This document shows positions 1 through 9,357 of a stretch of DNA of 64,000 bases, in pieces. The DNA is from Thermoplasmatota archaeon (lineage in GTDB: Archaea > Thermoplasmatota > Poseidoniia > Poseidoniales > Thalassarchaeaceae): assembly GCA_036154155.1 (NCBI GenBank), contig JAYZLP010000023.1:3056-67055 (forward strand), in the 5' to 3' direction. How positions within the stretch are numbered: position 1 is the first letter of the stretch; every line of letters starts with the position of its first letter. Under the pieces are notes generated by a model. The model saw only the letters and a list, made by a program, of their open reading frames with translations. It was not told where the DNA came from and searched no databases. The position numbers and the translations under genes were made by a program.

Positions 1-155
1 TATGTGACGCACTTGACAACACGGACGACAGCGCTGGTGAGGGAGACTCCGAGACCGAGCTTGGCTGGACCAACGCGGTACCAGGATTCCCATCGCTCTT
101 CGCAGCTATCGCCCTAATCGGTGCAGCATTCGCCGGTCGCAGGAAGCAGGACTGA
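1..155 (+). CDS. 3' end of a PGF-CTERM-sorted cell-surface protein (truncated by window start)
   Basis: Not in the ORF track. Frame 3 reads CDALDNTDDSAGEGDSETELGWTNAVPGFPSLFAAIALIGAAFAGRRKQD* (TGA 153-155): acidic linker, PGF motif, hydrophobic helix, basic tail. Confidence 0.85.
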   Translation, partial: CDALDNTDDSAGEGDSETELGWTNAVPGFPSLFAAIALIGAAFAGRRKQD

Positions 156-178
156 GCAATTAGCCAGTTTACGAAAAT

Positions 179-210
179 CCCGGTCCGGGGGCAGCAGCCC
201 TCGGATCGGG
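179..210 (+). terminator. GC-rich stem-loop downstream of the surface-protein gene (putative terminator or mRNA-stabilising hairpin)
   Basis: CCCGGTCCGGGGGC-AGCA-GCCCTCGGATCGGG forms a 14-bp stem with two G-U pairs and a 4-nt loop, 23 nt after the stop codon. No clear U-tract follows. Confidence 0.5.
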
Positions 211-305
211 CCACTGCCTTGCTATGCGAGTAGCTTTGCACTGCTCATCCTGCCACTTTCACCGGCAATGCTGATAAGTCGGCTAGATAGCCATCGTTCG
301 ATAGC

Positions 306-692
306 ATGCCCGGCACGACACGAGTTGAGATTAGGACCTTGAAAGTAGGAAGGTACGTCGCCATTGACGAGAACGCGTACAAGATACTGGGAATGAGCAA
401 GTCCAAGCCTGGAAAACACGGCTCAGCAAAGGCCAGGATTGAGCTAGAAGACATCTTCACGGGCCAGAAGAGGAGCCACGTCGGTACTGTTACTGACACC
501 ATTAATGTGCCAATGATAGAGAAGGGATCGGCTATTGTCACCCATATCCAAGGAAACGAGGTACATGCTATGGACAACAAGACCTACGAGACACTGATCC
601 TCCCGACCGATCCAGAACTAAACCTAGAGCCCGGCGGGGAGATCCAGTGGATGGAAGCAATGGGAAGGTACAAGGTCACACGTGACCACTGA
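306..692 (+). CDS. eif5a: translation factor aIF5A (eIF5A/EF-P family)
   Basis: 128 aa with the hypusination loop SKPGKHGSAKARI and the typical two beta-barrel architecture. Confidence 0.97.
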   Translation: MPGTTRVEIRTLKVGRYVAIDENAYKILGMSKSKPGKHGSAKARIELEDIFTGQKRSHVGTVTDTINVPMIEKGSAIVTHIQGNEVHAMDNKTYETLILPTDPELNLEPGGEIQWMEAMGRYKVTRDH

Positions 693-771
693 TTGGGAAA
701 CCGAACTCCCCACCAATTATCGCGAGTGAAGTATAAGCGATTAGGCCCAGCCTTTCGTACTAGGGAATGCC

Positions 772-3129
772 ATGTCTGATGTCAAGCGTTCGGCCTACAG
801 GCAGCCTGTGACGCCATCAGGCCTAGAGGCCATAGAGAAGGGCACGCTAACATGGCTAGATGAGGACATGTACAACAACCTCAACACGGGGGTTCTCGAG
901 CAATACCTAGAGGAGAAGAACCTCAAAGAGTCATTCGAAGTCAGCCACTGGGATACTAGGAAGGTGCTGATAGGGGTCCTAATCGGCGCCTTGTTCAGCG
1001 GAGTGACTGCCTACATCGGGCTAAAGATAGGGTTGGCTGTATCTGCTGCATGGTATGTCGCCTACTTGCTTGGCATGGCCCTGAAGTGGTCCCCGTCCGA
1101 GGTGAACATCGCCACAAGTGCGACCACGGGGGCAACACACGCCTCAACTGGATTCATATTCACGTTCCCCGCAATCTTCCTGCTCGCCTACTCGGATGCC
1201 TACAGGGTTGGAGACGGCTTCTTAGTTAGTTCCGTGGACACTCTGCAACTAGCATTCATTGGAATTATCGCATCCATGTTTGCGGGATTCCTGGGTGTGA
1301 TGTATTTCATCATATTCAGGAGGGTCTGGCTTGTCGAGGATCCCCTTCCAATGCCTGGGTTCGAGGCTACACTGAAGATGCTGGACATTGCATCCGACGT
1401 GAGCACCGGAGCTGCAGACACAGCAAGGGAGTCTCTCAAAACCGTCGGCATATGGACCGTCTTCACAATGGGCTTCATGTTTGTAATCGACTATCCTGTT
1501 AGGTGGGGGAAGAAGCTGGCTGGTGTTCCCAGCAGCATCGCAGACTGGGTTTCAATGACGCTATCTGGCGGGGACTGGGGTCTGGCATCAGTGTACACGG
1601 AGAGGTGGATACACCAGCCAAGTAAGCTCGAGGGCGGGCATGCGCCATATGGTGGAATCACTCCCTACGAGTCCGGAAACCCATTCTCGTACACGTTCCT
1701 CGGAATCGAGCTCAGCCCTACCCTTTTGGCCATTGGCTGGTTCATGAAATTCAGAGTCGCCTTCCTAGTTAATCTAGGGTCCTTGGTCGCATGGTTCTTC
1801 CTTGTACCCCTGGTGGTCATACAGGATGTACCAGTATACGACCCAGCGCTCGGATCATACGTCAACATTACCGAGTACGGTGACATGTCATCCGCACCGT
1901 ACTACCCGATCGTCCAGTGGAAGGCGTTCTCTTCGGTAGTAAGGACGATTGCCATTGGTGCGATACTGGGAGGGGGGATGTTCGGACTGGTCAAGATGGC
2001 CCCTACATTCGTGTCAATTTTCGGGGACATATCATCGGCCTTCACCGGGGACAGGGGAGAGGAGTTCATCGAGAACAGGGGATGGTATGAATGGCCACTC
2101 ACGCACATCCCGGTCTTCATGGGAATCTCGTTCTTCGCAATGATTCTCACCTTCCTAATTGGTGGTTTCCCAGCCCTGCCATCTGCGATATTCGCGATAG
2201 TATTGATCCTCACAACCTTCCTTCTGGGTGCCATAGCTGTCAGGGTGATGGGGGAGACGGGAATAGAGCCCGTATCCGGAACGTCGTTCATCGTCCTGCT
2301 GATGCTCCTACTCGTCTTCCTGAACGTCGACGTCGGCCTCGACAAGGAGGAATCCGTACTTATCGCCCTTGTAGGGACCACTGTTTTCGGCTCCGCCATA
2401 AGCATGAGCGGGACAGTGGTCGGGGATTACAAGAACAGCTTGTACATAGGAAACAGGCCTTACCACATCTCAAAGGGCAACATCATGGGTGTCGTCCCAG
2501 GTGCTATTCTCGGTGCAGCGGTCGCCATTTTCCTGTCAAAGCTCCTAGCAGACGGAACAATCGACCTACTGGCCCCACAAGCCAACGCATTCGCCTACTT
2601 CACGACAATCCTAGCAGAGGGCCAAGGAGACTGGGGCGCACTGGCGCTTGGCTTCGCTCTGGGCGCCTTTGTAGAGTGGGCCACTGGGATGGGGACCTCA
2701 TTCGGCCTCGGGATGTACCTCCCTACGCCAGCAACATTCCCGATGCTTATCGGAGGGGCAGCTAGGGACTGGTGGGAGAAGAGGAGGCTGCAGCCAAAGG
2801 TCGACTCGATAAGGGCGGAAGAGGGCTCCCAAGCAGCCGAGAGGAGCAGGGCCCTACTGCTTCTCGGAACGTTCATGATAGCAGCAGGGGCCTTCACCGG
2901 AGAGGCGTTTTATGGAGTAGAGGCCGCTATTCTTGCCGTATTGGACGAACAGATAGGGGACATTGACAACTGGCCACTGATCAGGTTCTCAGGGTTCGTC
3001 ATACTCAATGCAATACTGGGGGCTGTCATTTACGTCCTGTTCAGGAAGGCAGGAATCCTAGGCCAAGGCGGTTCACAGGGAGGCGATGGCAGCCAAGGTG
3101 ATGTTATGGATGCAGAGTTGGCGGCCTGA
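772..3129 (+). CDS. OPT-family oligopeptide transporter
   Basis: 785 aa polytopic membrane protein with OPT-type motifs AYIGLKIG, GFIFTFPA, GETGIEPVSG, APQANA and GLGMYLP. Confidence 0.88.
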   Translation: MSDVKRSAYRQPVTPSGLEAIEKGTLTWLDEDMYNNLNTGVLEQYLEEKNLKESFEVSHWDTRKVLIGVLIGALFSGVTAYIGLKIGLAVSAAWYVAYLLGMALKWSPSEVNIATSATTGATHASTGFIFTFPAIFLLAYSDAYRVGDGFLVSSVDTLQLAFIGIIASMFAGFLGVMYFIIFRRVWLVEDPLPMPGFEATLKMLDIASDVSTGAADTARESLKTVGIWTVFTMGFMFVIDYPVRWGKKLAGVPSSIADWVSMTLSGGDWGLASVYTERWIHQPSKLEGGHAPYGGITPYESGNPFSYTFLGIELSPTLLAIGWFMKFRVAFLVNLGSLVAWFFLVPLVVIQDVPVYDPALGSYVNITEYGDMSSAPYYPIVQWKAFSSVVRTIAIGAILGGGMFGLVKMAPTFVSIFGDISSAFTGDRGEEFIENRGWYEWPLTHIPVFMGISFFAMILTFLIGGFPALPSAIFAIVLILTTFLLGAIAVRVMGETGIEPVSGTSFIVLLMLLLVFLNVDVGLDKEESVLIALVGTTVFGSAISMSGTVVGDYKNSLYIGNRPYHISKGNIMGVVPGAILGAAVAIFLSKLLADGTIDLLAPQANAFAYFTTILAEGQGDWGALALGFALGAFVEWATGMGTSFGLGMYLPTPATFPMLIGGAARDWWEKRRLQPKVDSIRAEEGSQAAERSRALLLLGTFMIAAGAFTGEAFYGVEAAILAVLDEQIGDIDNWPLIRFSGFVILNAILGAVIYVLFRKAGILGQGGSQGGDGSQGDVMDAELAA

Positions 3130-3131
3130 GT

Positions 3132-4085
3132 ATGGTCTCGAATGAATCTACACCCATCTATGCGTATGCACTACTCGGGATAGCATTGCTCGCTGTTTCT
3201 AGCGCGGGTGCAGTGCTCCAGCAGATGGGCGAGGTCCCGCCCCTCCTCAGGGCCTCGTGGAGGATGCAGGGCACATCTCTGGTACTCCTTCCGGGATTCG
3301 TCTACCAGTGGTTGAAGATGGATAGGTCGTCAATATCGAGGAACGACTGGCTCCTCATGCTCGCTTCCAGCGTATTTCTCGCTCTGCATTTCGGAAGTTG
3401 GATCTGGTCGCTCGACAACACTAGTCTGGTCCACAGCCTCCTTTTCGTAACTAGCCACCCTCTTGTCGTGGTCGCACTAATGCCAATTCTCGGCACTGCA
3501 GTCAGGAGAGGGCACATCACAGGCGCACTAGTCGGCTTTGCGGGCGCCGCAATCACATTGGGGGACATCAGCGGAGGAGACGGGGTCACCCTATTGGGGG
3601 ACATGGCTGCATTCTTCGGAGCAGTTACCGTAGTTGGGTACCTGTTCGTTGGAAGGCACCTCCGTTCCGAGAGGGGCATTCCTGTTTTCGTTTACGCGTT
3701 TCCCGTGACATTACTGGCAGGCTTCTTCCTAGCGGCCTCTTCAATGGGGATTGAAGGAACCTCGTTCTCAGGTTCGCTTCCCGATCAATCACTAATTGGA
3801 TGGGGTGAAATGGCCTGGATTCCATGGGTTGCTTATCTCTCTCTGGGACCGGGCCTCTGCGGCCATACCGTCATTAACACCGTCCTCAAGTGGATTTCCC
3901 CCATCATTGTCTCAATCACACTGCTTTTCGAACCTGTAATAGGCGGTCTAATCGGATGGCTTTGGACAGGGGAAATCACCCTTGGCATGTGGACCCTAGT
4001 TGGTGGTCCACTGATGCTTTGCGGAGCGATAATGGTGACTCTGGAGGAAGGCAGGGAAGAGGGCATTGAAGAAGTGCATTCATGA
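3132..4085 (+). CDS. DMT/EamA family transporter
   Basis: 317 aa, about 10 TM helices in two EamA repeats (FLALHFGSWIWSL; GHTVIN..LLFEPV). Confidence 0.85.
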   Translation: MVSNESTPIYAYALLGIALLAVSSAGAVLQQMGEVPPLLRASWRMQGTSLVLLPGFVYQWLKMDRSSISRNDWLLMLASSVFLALHFGSWIWSLDNTSLVHSLLFVTSHPLVVVALMPILGTAVRRGHITGALVGFAGAAITLGDISGGDGVTLLGDMAAFFGAVTVVGYLFVGRHLRSERGIPVFVYAFPVTLLAGFFLAASSMGIEGTSFSGSLPDQSLIGWGEMAWIPWVAYLSLGPGLCGHTVINTVLKWISPIIVSITLLFEPVIGGLIGWLWTGEITLGMWTLVGGPLMLCGAIMVTLEEGREEGIEEVHS

Positions 4086-5034
4086 ACCAGACTCCAGTCC
4101 CCAAGCCGTGCGTCAACTTCCTCTCCTGATCACTAATGATGATGGGATTGAATCAGAGGGACTCATCTCTCTGGTGAGTGCCTTGCATATGCGTGGGCAC
4201 CCCATAGTGGTCATAGCGCCCGAGAGCGAACAGTCGGCTACTGGGATGAAGCTGACACTTAGGAGCGACATGAGTTTCATCGAGCGTGACGACCTTTCCA
4301 GCAATATCGCGAAAGAGGGCGGCCCACTTCTCAGAATGTTCTCTCTAGATGGCAGCCCTTGCGATTGCGTTATCGTCGCCTTGGAGATGGCAGTAAGCTC
4401 CAGGGTCCCCGGATTCAAGCCTATGTTGTGCGTTTCCGGAATTAACCACGGCCCCAATGTCTCGGTCGACGTACTGCACTCCGGAACCGTCTCAGCGGCA
4501 CGCGAGGCATCCCTCTATGGGATGCCTTCGATCGCCGTCAGCCTAGCTACCTACGAACACAAGGACTTCTCCGACTCTATTACAGCCGTCTCAAGGGTGA
4601 TTGATGCATGCTCCGCCAACATGCCAAAAGAACTGCCGAATTTGCTTAGGCCAGCCGGCACCGACAACACACCATCCGGGAACTCCCCCCACGAGGAAAT
4701 CAGGTCGGCATTCCATAATGGGGACATCCTGCTCAACATCAACGTTCCAGAGGAATGGAACGGGGTTTACAGGACCGTTGATCTCGGTGCCAGGTGGTAC
4801 AGGAGCGCAACTGATGCAATCAATAGCGAGGGAACCGGGGTGGCATTCGAGGTCGGCGCCGCCATCATCGATGAGGAGGACATCCCGGACACCGACTGCA
4901 ATGCATTGAACTCTGGCTGTGTTTCAATAACCCCTCTTGGTAGCTGGCCCTCCAACCACCCTCTTGGGGTGTCGGACAATATGCTAGCCTCTGCCGCTAC
5001 CGAGGACGATCACGGTCTGCCTAATTGGCTCTAG
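4066..5034 (+). CDS. surE: 5'/3'-nucleotidase SurE
   Basis: LITNDDG, APESEQSATG, GSPCDCV, SGINHGPN and HSGTVSAAREA motifs; exact start uncertain. Confidence 0.93.
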   Translation: MKKCIHEPDSSPQAVRQLPLLITNDDGIESEGLISLVSALHMRGHPIVVIAPESEQSATGMKLTLRSDMSFIERDDLSSNIAKEGGPLLRMFSLDGSPCDCVIVALEMAVSSRVPGFKPMLCVSGINHGPNVSVDVLHSGTVSAAREASLYGMPSIAVSLATYEHKDFSDSITAVSRVIDACSANMPKELPNLLRPAGTDNTPSGNSPHEEIRSAFHNGDILLNINVPEEWNGVYRTVDLGARWYRSATDAINSEGTGVAFEVGAAIIDEEDIPDTDCNALNSGCVSITPLGSWPSNHPLGVSDNMLASAATEDDHGLPNWL

Positions 5035-5621
5035 GAGTCAATTGAGTGATGGATTATAGCTATGCAAGAGTGCCCTTGGAGCCACTTTTCACCGAGAGAT
5101 ACCTTCTCTATAGACCCCATCAATCCTAATTCAGAGTCACCGAAAGGCTGGTCGTCAGAAAGTATGAATCCAACGGAATCCGAGTGATGGGCCTCGGAAT
5201 CGTACCTTTCTCCACACGCATCAAGGACAAAGGTTCTGACCCCATCTCTTTCCCACTCGGCGATTGTCTGCCCAATATCTCCTCCTGAGTGCCAAAGTCC
5301 CTTATGCAATTCGACTTGCTGGCCTATTGCTGGAACTGGGTCCCTCAATGCTTTGGCTATCTGTCCAGCTATCGCCCTTTCATCGGGATGAACCCCTCTC
5401 AACCTGGACCCCTGGAACCATATTCTCCTGGGCGGACCCGGCCCTCCCATCAGGTGCAGCACGATGTCGGTGTCATCACGAATCCCGTGAGAAAGAAACA
5501 GGCCGGTATTCACAGCACGAGCTAGAACATCCAGCCTACCGGAAGATCCGGCCAAGTCGTTCAGATTTATCTTGCCCGATGAAGGGGCCCTGTGCCCAAT
5601 CACTGCAAACCTGCGAACCAT
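5031..5621 (-). CDS. trmY: tRNA (pseudouridine54-N1)-methyltransferase TrmY (SPOUT)
   Basis: RRFAVIGH, LNDLAGSSGRLD, FLSHGIR.D, PDER and SLGEKWL.GHSCI motifs. Confidence 0.92.
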   Translation of the reverse strand: MVRRFAVIGHRAPSSGKINLNDLAGSSGRLDVLARAVNTGLFLSHGIRDDTDIVLHLMGGPGPPRRIWFQGSRLRGVHPDERAIAGQIAKALRDPVPAIGQQVELHKGLWHSGGDIGQTIAEWERDGVRTFVLDACGERYDSEAHHSDSVGFILSDDQPFGDSELGLMGSIEKVSLGEKWLQGHSCIAIIHHSIDS

Positions 5622-5629
5622 TAGACTAC

Positions 5630-6982
5630 CTACATCGGCAAATCAACGTCATCAATGTCGACCATTGATTGCATGTCTCGCCTGAATTTCCTATTGCCCT
5701 TGATCATCTTCATCTGTTTACGACTTCGGTTCCAGTGAGAGATGAGCTCCTTAACGTCCTTCTCGGTAACGCCTGAGCCCCTAGCTATCCTCCTGATGCG
5801 GCTAGATTTGAGGACAAGAGGCTCGTCTTTCTCGTGCTGGGTCATAGAGTCCATAATCACCCTGAACTTGTCCAGGTTCCTCTGTATCTGCTGTTTCTGC
5901 CCGGTACTCATGCTACCCATGCCGAACATCCCATCAGGAAGGTGTGACATCAGCCTCTCCATTGTCCCAATCTTCCCCATCATTTCCATTTGCGTATACA
6001 TGTCTGTAAGGGTGAATCTCCCTGACATCATTCTCTGTGTGAGCCTCATCGCTTCTTCTTGGTCTAGGTCCTCTGGGGTTAGATCGATGAGGCCCTTGAT
6101 GTCCCCCATTCCGAGGAGTCTAGAAATGAACCTATCAGATTCGAACTTCTCTAGGTCCTGTACCCTCTCTCCTTCACCAACGAAAACGATGGGAGCACCA
6201 GTAGCCGCCACTGCGCTGAGGGCACCCCCTCCTCTTGCTGTTCCATCCAGCTTTGTGACAATGGTGCCTGTCACCCCCACCAATTCGTGGAACGTCTCGG
6301 CTACCGGGCCAGCTGCTTGTCCGACCTGGGCGTCAATTACCAGAAATCTCTCTGTTGCATTAGCAGTCTCAGCTATGCTAACTAGCTCTTCCCTCAGTTC
6401 GCCATCGAGACTATCCCGTCCCGCAGTGTCGATAATCACAACATCGGCGTTACCGACCTTCCGGAGCCCGTTCTTGACGATCTTCGATGCATCCTTTTCT
6501 TCGGGTTCGCCGTACACTTCGACCCCAGTCCCCTCTAGTAGTTGCGTCAGTTGTTGGAATGCTCCTGGCCTGTGAGTGTCCGCCTCAATCACTGCGACCC
6601 TGACGCCATGCCTCCTTCTCCACCAGTCAGCAACCTTTGCTGTGGTAGTGGTTTTCCCCTGCCCGTAAAGCCCAACCATTAGTACGGTTTCATTGTGGGG
6701 CCTAATTTCCCTGGCGGGACCAAGTAGCCTGACTAGCTCGGTGTAGATCAGATTCATCGCATGAGTCTCGAGTTTGGTTCCCGGCCTAGGCTCCTCCTCG
6801 ACCATCCTGCGCTCTACCCTTTCTGTGAGCTCCTTGGTTTGTCTTACATTGAAATCGGCTTCAAGCAAGGCCCTTCTTAGTGACTTACTGAGTTCCTTGA
6901 CGGTCTCTTCGTCAATCTCTCTCTTTCCCTTCAGAAGTCCGACCGAACCAAGCAGACGCCTCTTCAGGGTGTCCAGCGCCAT
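5630..6982 (-). CDS. srp54: signal recognition particle protein SRP54
   Basis: ALLEADFNV, GLYGQGKTTT, DTAGR, TKLDGTARGGG and Met-rich M domain with RIRRIARGSG. True start is the ATG at 6982; the ORF-track extension to 7405 overlaps a divergent gene. Confidence 0.96.
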   Translation of the reverse strand: MALDTLKRRLLGSVGLLKGKREIDEETVKELSKSLRRALLEADFNVRQTKELTERVERRMVEEEPRPGTKLETHAMNLIYTELVRLLGPAREIRPHNETVLMVGLYGQGKTTTTAKVADWWRRRHGVRVAVIEADTHRPGAFQQLTQLLEGTGVEVYGEPEEKDASKIVKNGLRKVGNADVVIIDTAGRDSLDGELREELVSIAETANATERFLVIDAQVGQAAGPVAETFHELVGVTGTIVTKLDGTARGGGALSAVAATGAPIVFVGEGERVQDLEKFESDRFISRLLGMGDIKGLIDLTPEDLDQEEAMRLTQRMMSGRFTLTDMYTQMEMMGKIGTMERLMSHLPDGMFGMGSMSTGQKQQIQRNLDKFRVIMDSMTQHEKDEPLVLKSSRIRRIARGSGVTEKDVKELISHWNRSRKQMKMIKGNRKFRRDMQSMVDIDDVDLPM

Positions 6983-7058
6983 GCTATCGGGTCTACATCG
7001 AGTGGTTTGAACGTTATCGGGGGCAGATGCCCTCAAATGGCGGGTGCCATGCCAGAAC

Positions 7059-7850
7059 ATGGTCGCAGGGCTCTGGCAAACCCAGGCCGCTTTTGCCATC
7101 GGCCTTCTTGGTGTGTTCATCGGTTGGAGGGGCTCGATGGCCAGGATGACCGGTTTTTTCGATCTAGCAGGCTCTGTCAGGTACTTGTTGTATGGAATCG
7201 TTTCCGGAATGATACTTGCATCGGCCGTTGACAGGCTTATACTGGCCGGAATTGTGGAAAGCTCTCTGAATATTGCATCTGCCAGCATCCTAGCATTGCT
7301 AATCGCTCTCGCCGAGTCCGCACTCGTGATGTTCCTGCTCGGAAGGCCAAGAAATGTCGCATTACGCACATCTCCTCCCTTTGGATGGACTTTGGGCCTA
7401 GGCATTGGTGCTATGCAGGCGTCAGTAATCGCGTGGAGGCTGTTTGGCGACGAACTAACTAATTCCGATTACTCCGGATTTTCGATGATTTCAGTTACAA
7501 TTGCACTAGTCATAGCTGCTTCATCATGCATAGGTCATGCCATTCCAGCAGCATTTCAGGGCGCATTGATCCTCGAATCCAAGAGATTCTCCCCTTTCGC
7601 ATTAGCAGCATTGGGTAGGGCGGCCCTAACAATGACACTAGTGCTATCGATTTATGCTCCAATTATTCTCATAGCACCGCTAATTGCTATTGCAGCATTC
7701 TGGACTCCAGCCCACTCTAATTGGATACCTTCCGGGCTAACCCCAGCAGCCAGACAGGCATACAGGAGGACAACTAGGCAGTCCGATAGGCACAGGAAGG
7801 CATCAGAATCCAGAACCAAGGGGTCTTTGGTAAATGACAGCGAAGAGTGA
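7059..7850 (+). CDS. hypothetical polytopic membrane protein
   Basis: About 263 aa, 6-7 hydrophobic segments and a basic C-terminal tail; divergent from srp54. Confidence 0.7.
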   Translation: MVAGLWQTQAAFAIGLLGVFIGWRGSMARMTGFFDLAGSVRYLLYGIVSGMILASAVDRLILAGIVESSLNIASASILALLIALAESALVMFLLGRPRNVALRTSPPFGWTLGLGIGAMQASVIAWRLFGDELTNSDYSGFSMISVTIALVIAASSCIGHAIPAAFQGALILESKRFSPFALAALGRAALTMTLVLSIYAPIILIAPLIAIAAFWTPAHSNWIPSGLTPAARQAYRRTTRQSDRHRKASESRTKGSLVNDSEE

Positions 7851-7938
7851 CCACTAGTCGAAAATCCCCCATTATCGGCGCATTATCGGACATACGTATG
7901 GCGCAGTATTATATTCGTACCGCGGAGGCATCGAGCTG

Positions 7939-9357
7939 ATGAGAGTAATCATCGCTGGTGCTGGAGAGGTCGGTCGTGGCGTCGCAGCCGCGCTAAGGCA
8001 GGAAAAAAGAAGCGTGGCGCTCATCGACACTGATCCCACTGCGATTAATGAGTCCCAGTATCTTGATTGCCTGTTGGTCACAGGGAGCGTCCTATCTAGG
8101 GATTCCCTGTTAAGAGCGGGGATAACCGATGCTGAAATGATAGTTATGGCAACCAATGACGACATGGTCAACCTTCTGGCTTGCTCGTTCGCTAAGAAGG
8201 TCTACAGTGAGCAGGTAGGCGATAGAAACGCTACTGGCCTAAAGGCGATAGCCAGGATAAGGAATCCCAATATGGAAGATCCAGTCAGGGGTGCAGGGCC
8301 GATTAGCAATTGGTCCCGAGCAGATCACATCGTTTGTGCCGCAGATGAGATTGTAGAGCAGCTGGCTGCAGGCCTTCTGGCACCTTCCATCGACGAAATC
8401 CTCCCTCTAGGGGACTCTTCTTGGATTGCCGCCACAGAAGTCACGTCTTCATCGGCACTGATAGGGACTAAGACGGGGGAAGTGGGGGACATATTCAGAG
8501 GAATGCCATCCATCTATGCCATCAGTCCTAATGGTGAGGCGGGAAGGCTTTCCAATGGCAACGAGGTAATTCAACCAGGGGACACATTGGTTTTCGTTTC
8601 CAATTCTACGGATCAATTCGCACAAGTAACTAGAGGGGTCGGGAAGTCCGACCCGGACTTGAAGGAAAGGGCCCAGATAGCGGTCTTCGGAGCTAGCCAG
8701 TTCGGCATGAGACTTGCCAGCTATTATCTCTCAAAGGGGCACAATGTAGTGGTAATTGAGCCGGATCTAGATGCGGCCAACGAACTCGTCGGATCAACTG
8801 TCGGCAACAGCAAGAGGCTGGATGTTATCCATGGAGACCCTCAGGACGAGGAGCTCCTGAAGGAACTCGGGATAGACACCCATGACATCGCCGTAGCGGC
8901 ATTGAACGATGACAATCTCAATATCGCTATTTCGATGAGGGCTAAAGACAAGGGCGTACAAAGGACCGGGCTGGTGCTGAAGGACAGGGCCCTAGTTGAG
9001 GCGGTCCAGAGAATAGGCTCAATCAATCCAGTAAGTAGGAGGCAAGTAACCATCACATCAATTCTCAAATCCATACACATGAACGTCCCTGGCACCTTTC
9101 AGGTAATTCCACCAGTCCCCGAGATTATCTCAATCTCGGCCGAAGTTCGTCCCGAACACAGCTTCGCAGGTAAGGAAATTCCGAAGATCGAGTCCAAGTT
9201 AGGTGTCCGGGTTGCAATGGTCGACAGGGTCGACGAACACGGTGTTACCAACATCATCGACCCTATTTCCATACAGACAATAGAAGCTGGCGACAGAATA
9301 TACCTGCTCCTTCTAAAGGAGGATCTGAAGAAGCTTGAGAAGACTCTCGGGAGTTGA
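7939..9357 (+). CDS. trkA: Trk system potassium uptake regulatory subunit TrkA
   Basis: N-terminal GAGEVG Rossmann motif, two RCK_N/RCK_C repeats, directly upstream of trkH. Confidence 0.92.
   Translation: MRVIIAGAGEVGRGVAAALRQEKRSVALIDTDPTAINESQYLDCLLVTGSVLSRDSLLRAGITDAEMIVMATNDDMVNLLACSFAKKVYSEQVGDRNATGLKAIARIRNPNMEDPVRGAGPISNWSRADHIVCAADEIVEQLAAGLLAPSIDEILPLGDSSWIAATEVTSSSALIGTKTGEVGDIFRGMPSIYAISPNGEAGRLSNGNEVIQPGDTLVFVSNSTDQFAQVTRGVGKSDPDLKERAQIAVFGASQFGMRLASYYLSKGHNVVVIEPDLDAANELVGSTVGNSKRLDVIHGDPQDEELLKELGIDTHDIAVAALNDDNLNIAISMRAKDKGVQRTGLVLKDRALVEAVQRIGSINPVSRRQVTITSILKSIHMNVPGTFQVIPPVPEIISISAEVRPEHSFAGKEIPKIESKLGVRVAMVDRVDEHGVTNIIDPISIQTIEAGDRIYLLLLKEDLKKLEKTLGS

Noticed and set aside
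693..720. Weak inverted repeat after eif5a (ATTGGG...CCAAT)
   Set aside because: The stem is short and interrupted, so the support for a terminator is insufficient.
5742..6575. 277-aa plus-strand ORF, and similar shadow ORFs such as 2091-2765, 10289-10909, 31128-31763 and 47067-47717
   Set aside because: These are Ser/Pro-rich antisense or off-frame shadows of well-conserved genes, with no recognisable motifs.
6983..7405. 141-aa N-terminal extension of SRP54 in the ORF track
   Set aside because: It overlaps the divergent membrane-protein gene (7059-7850); SRP54 homology starts at MALDTL (6982).
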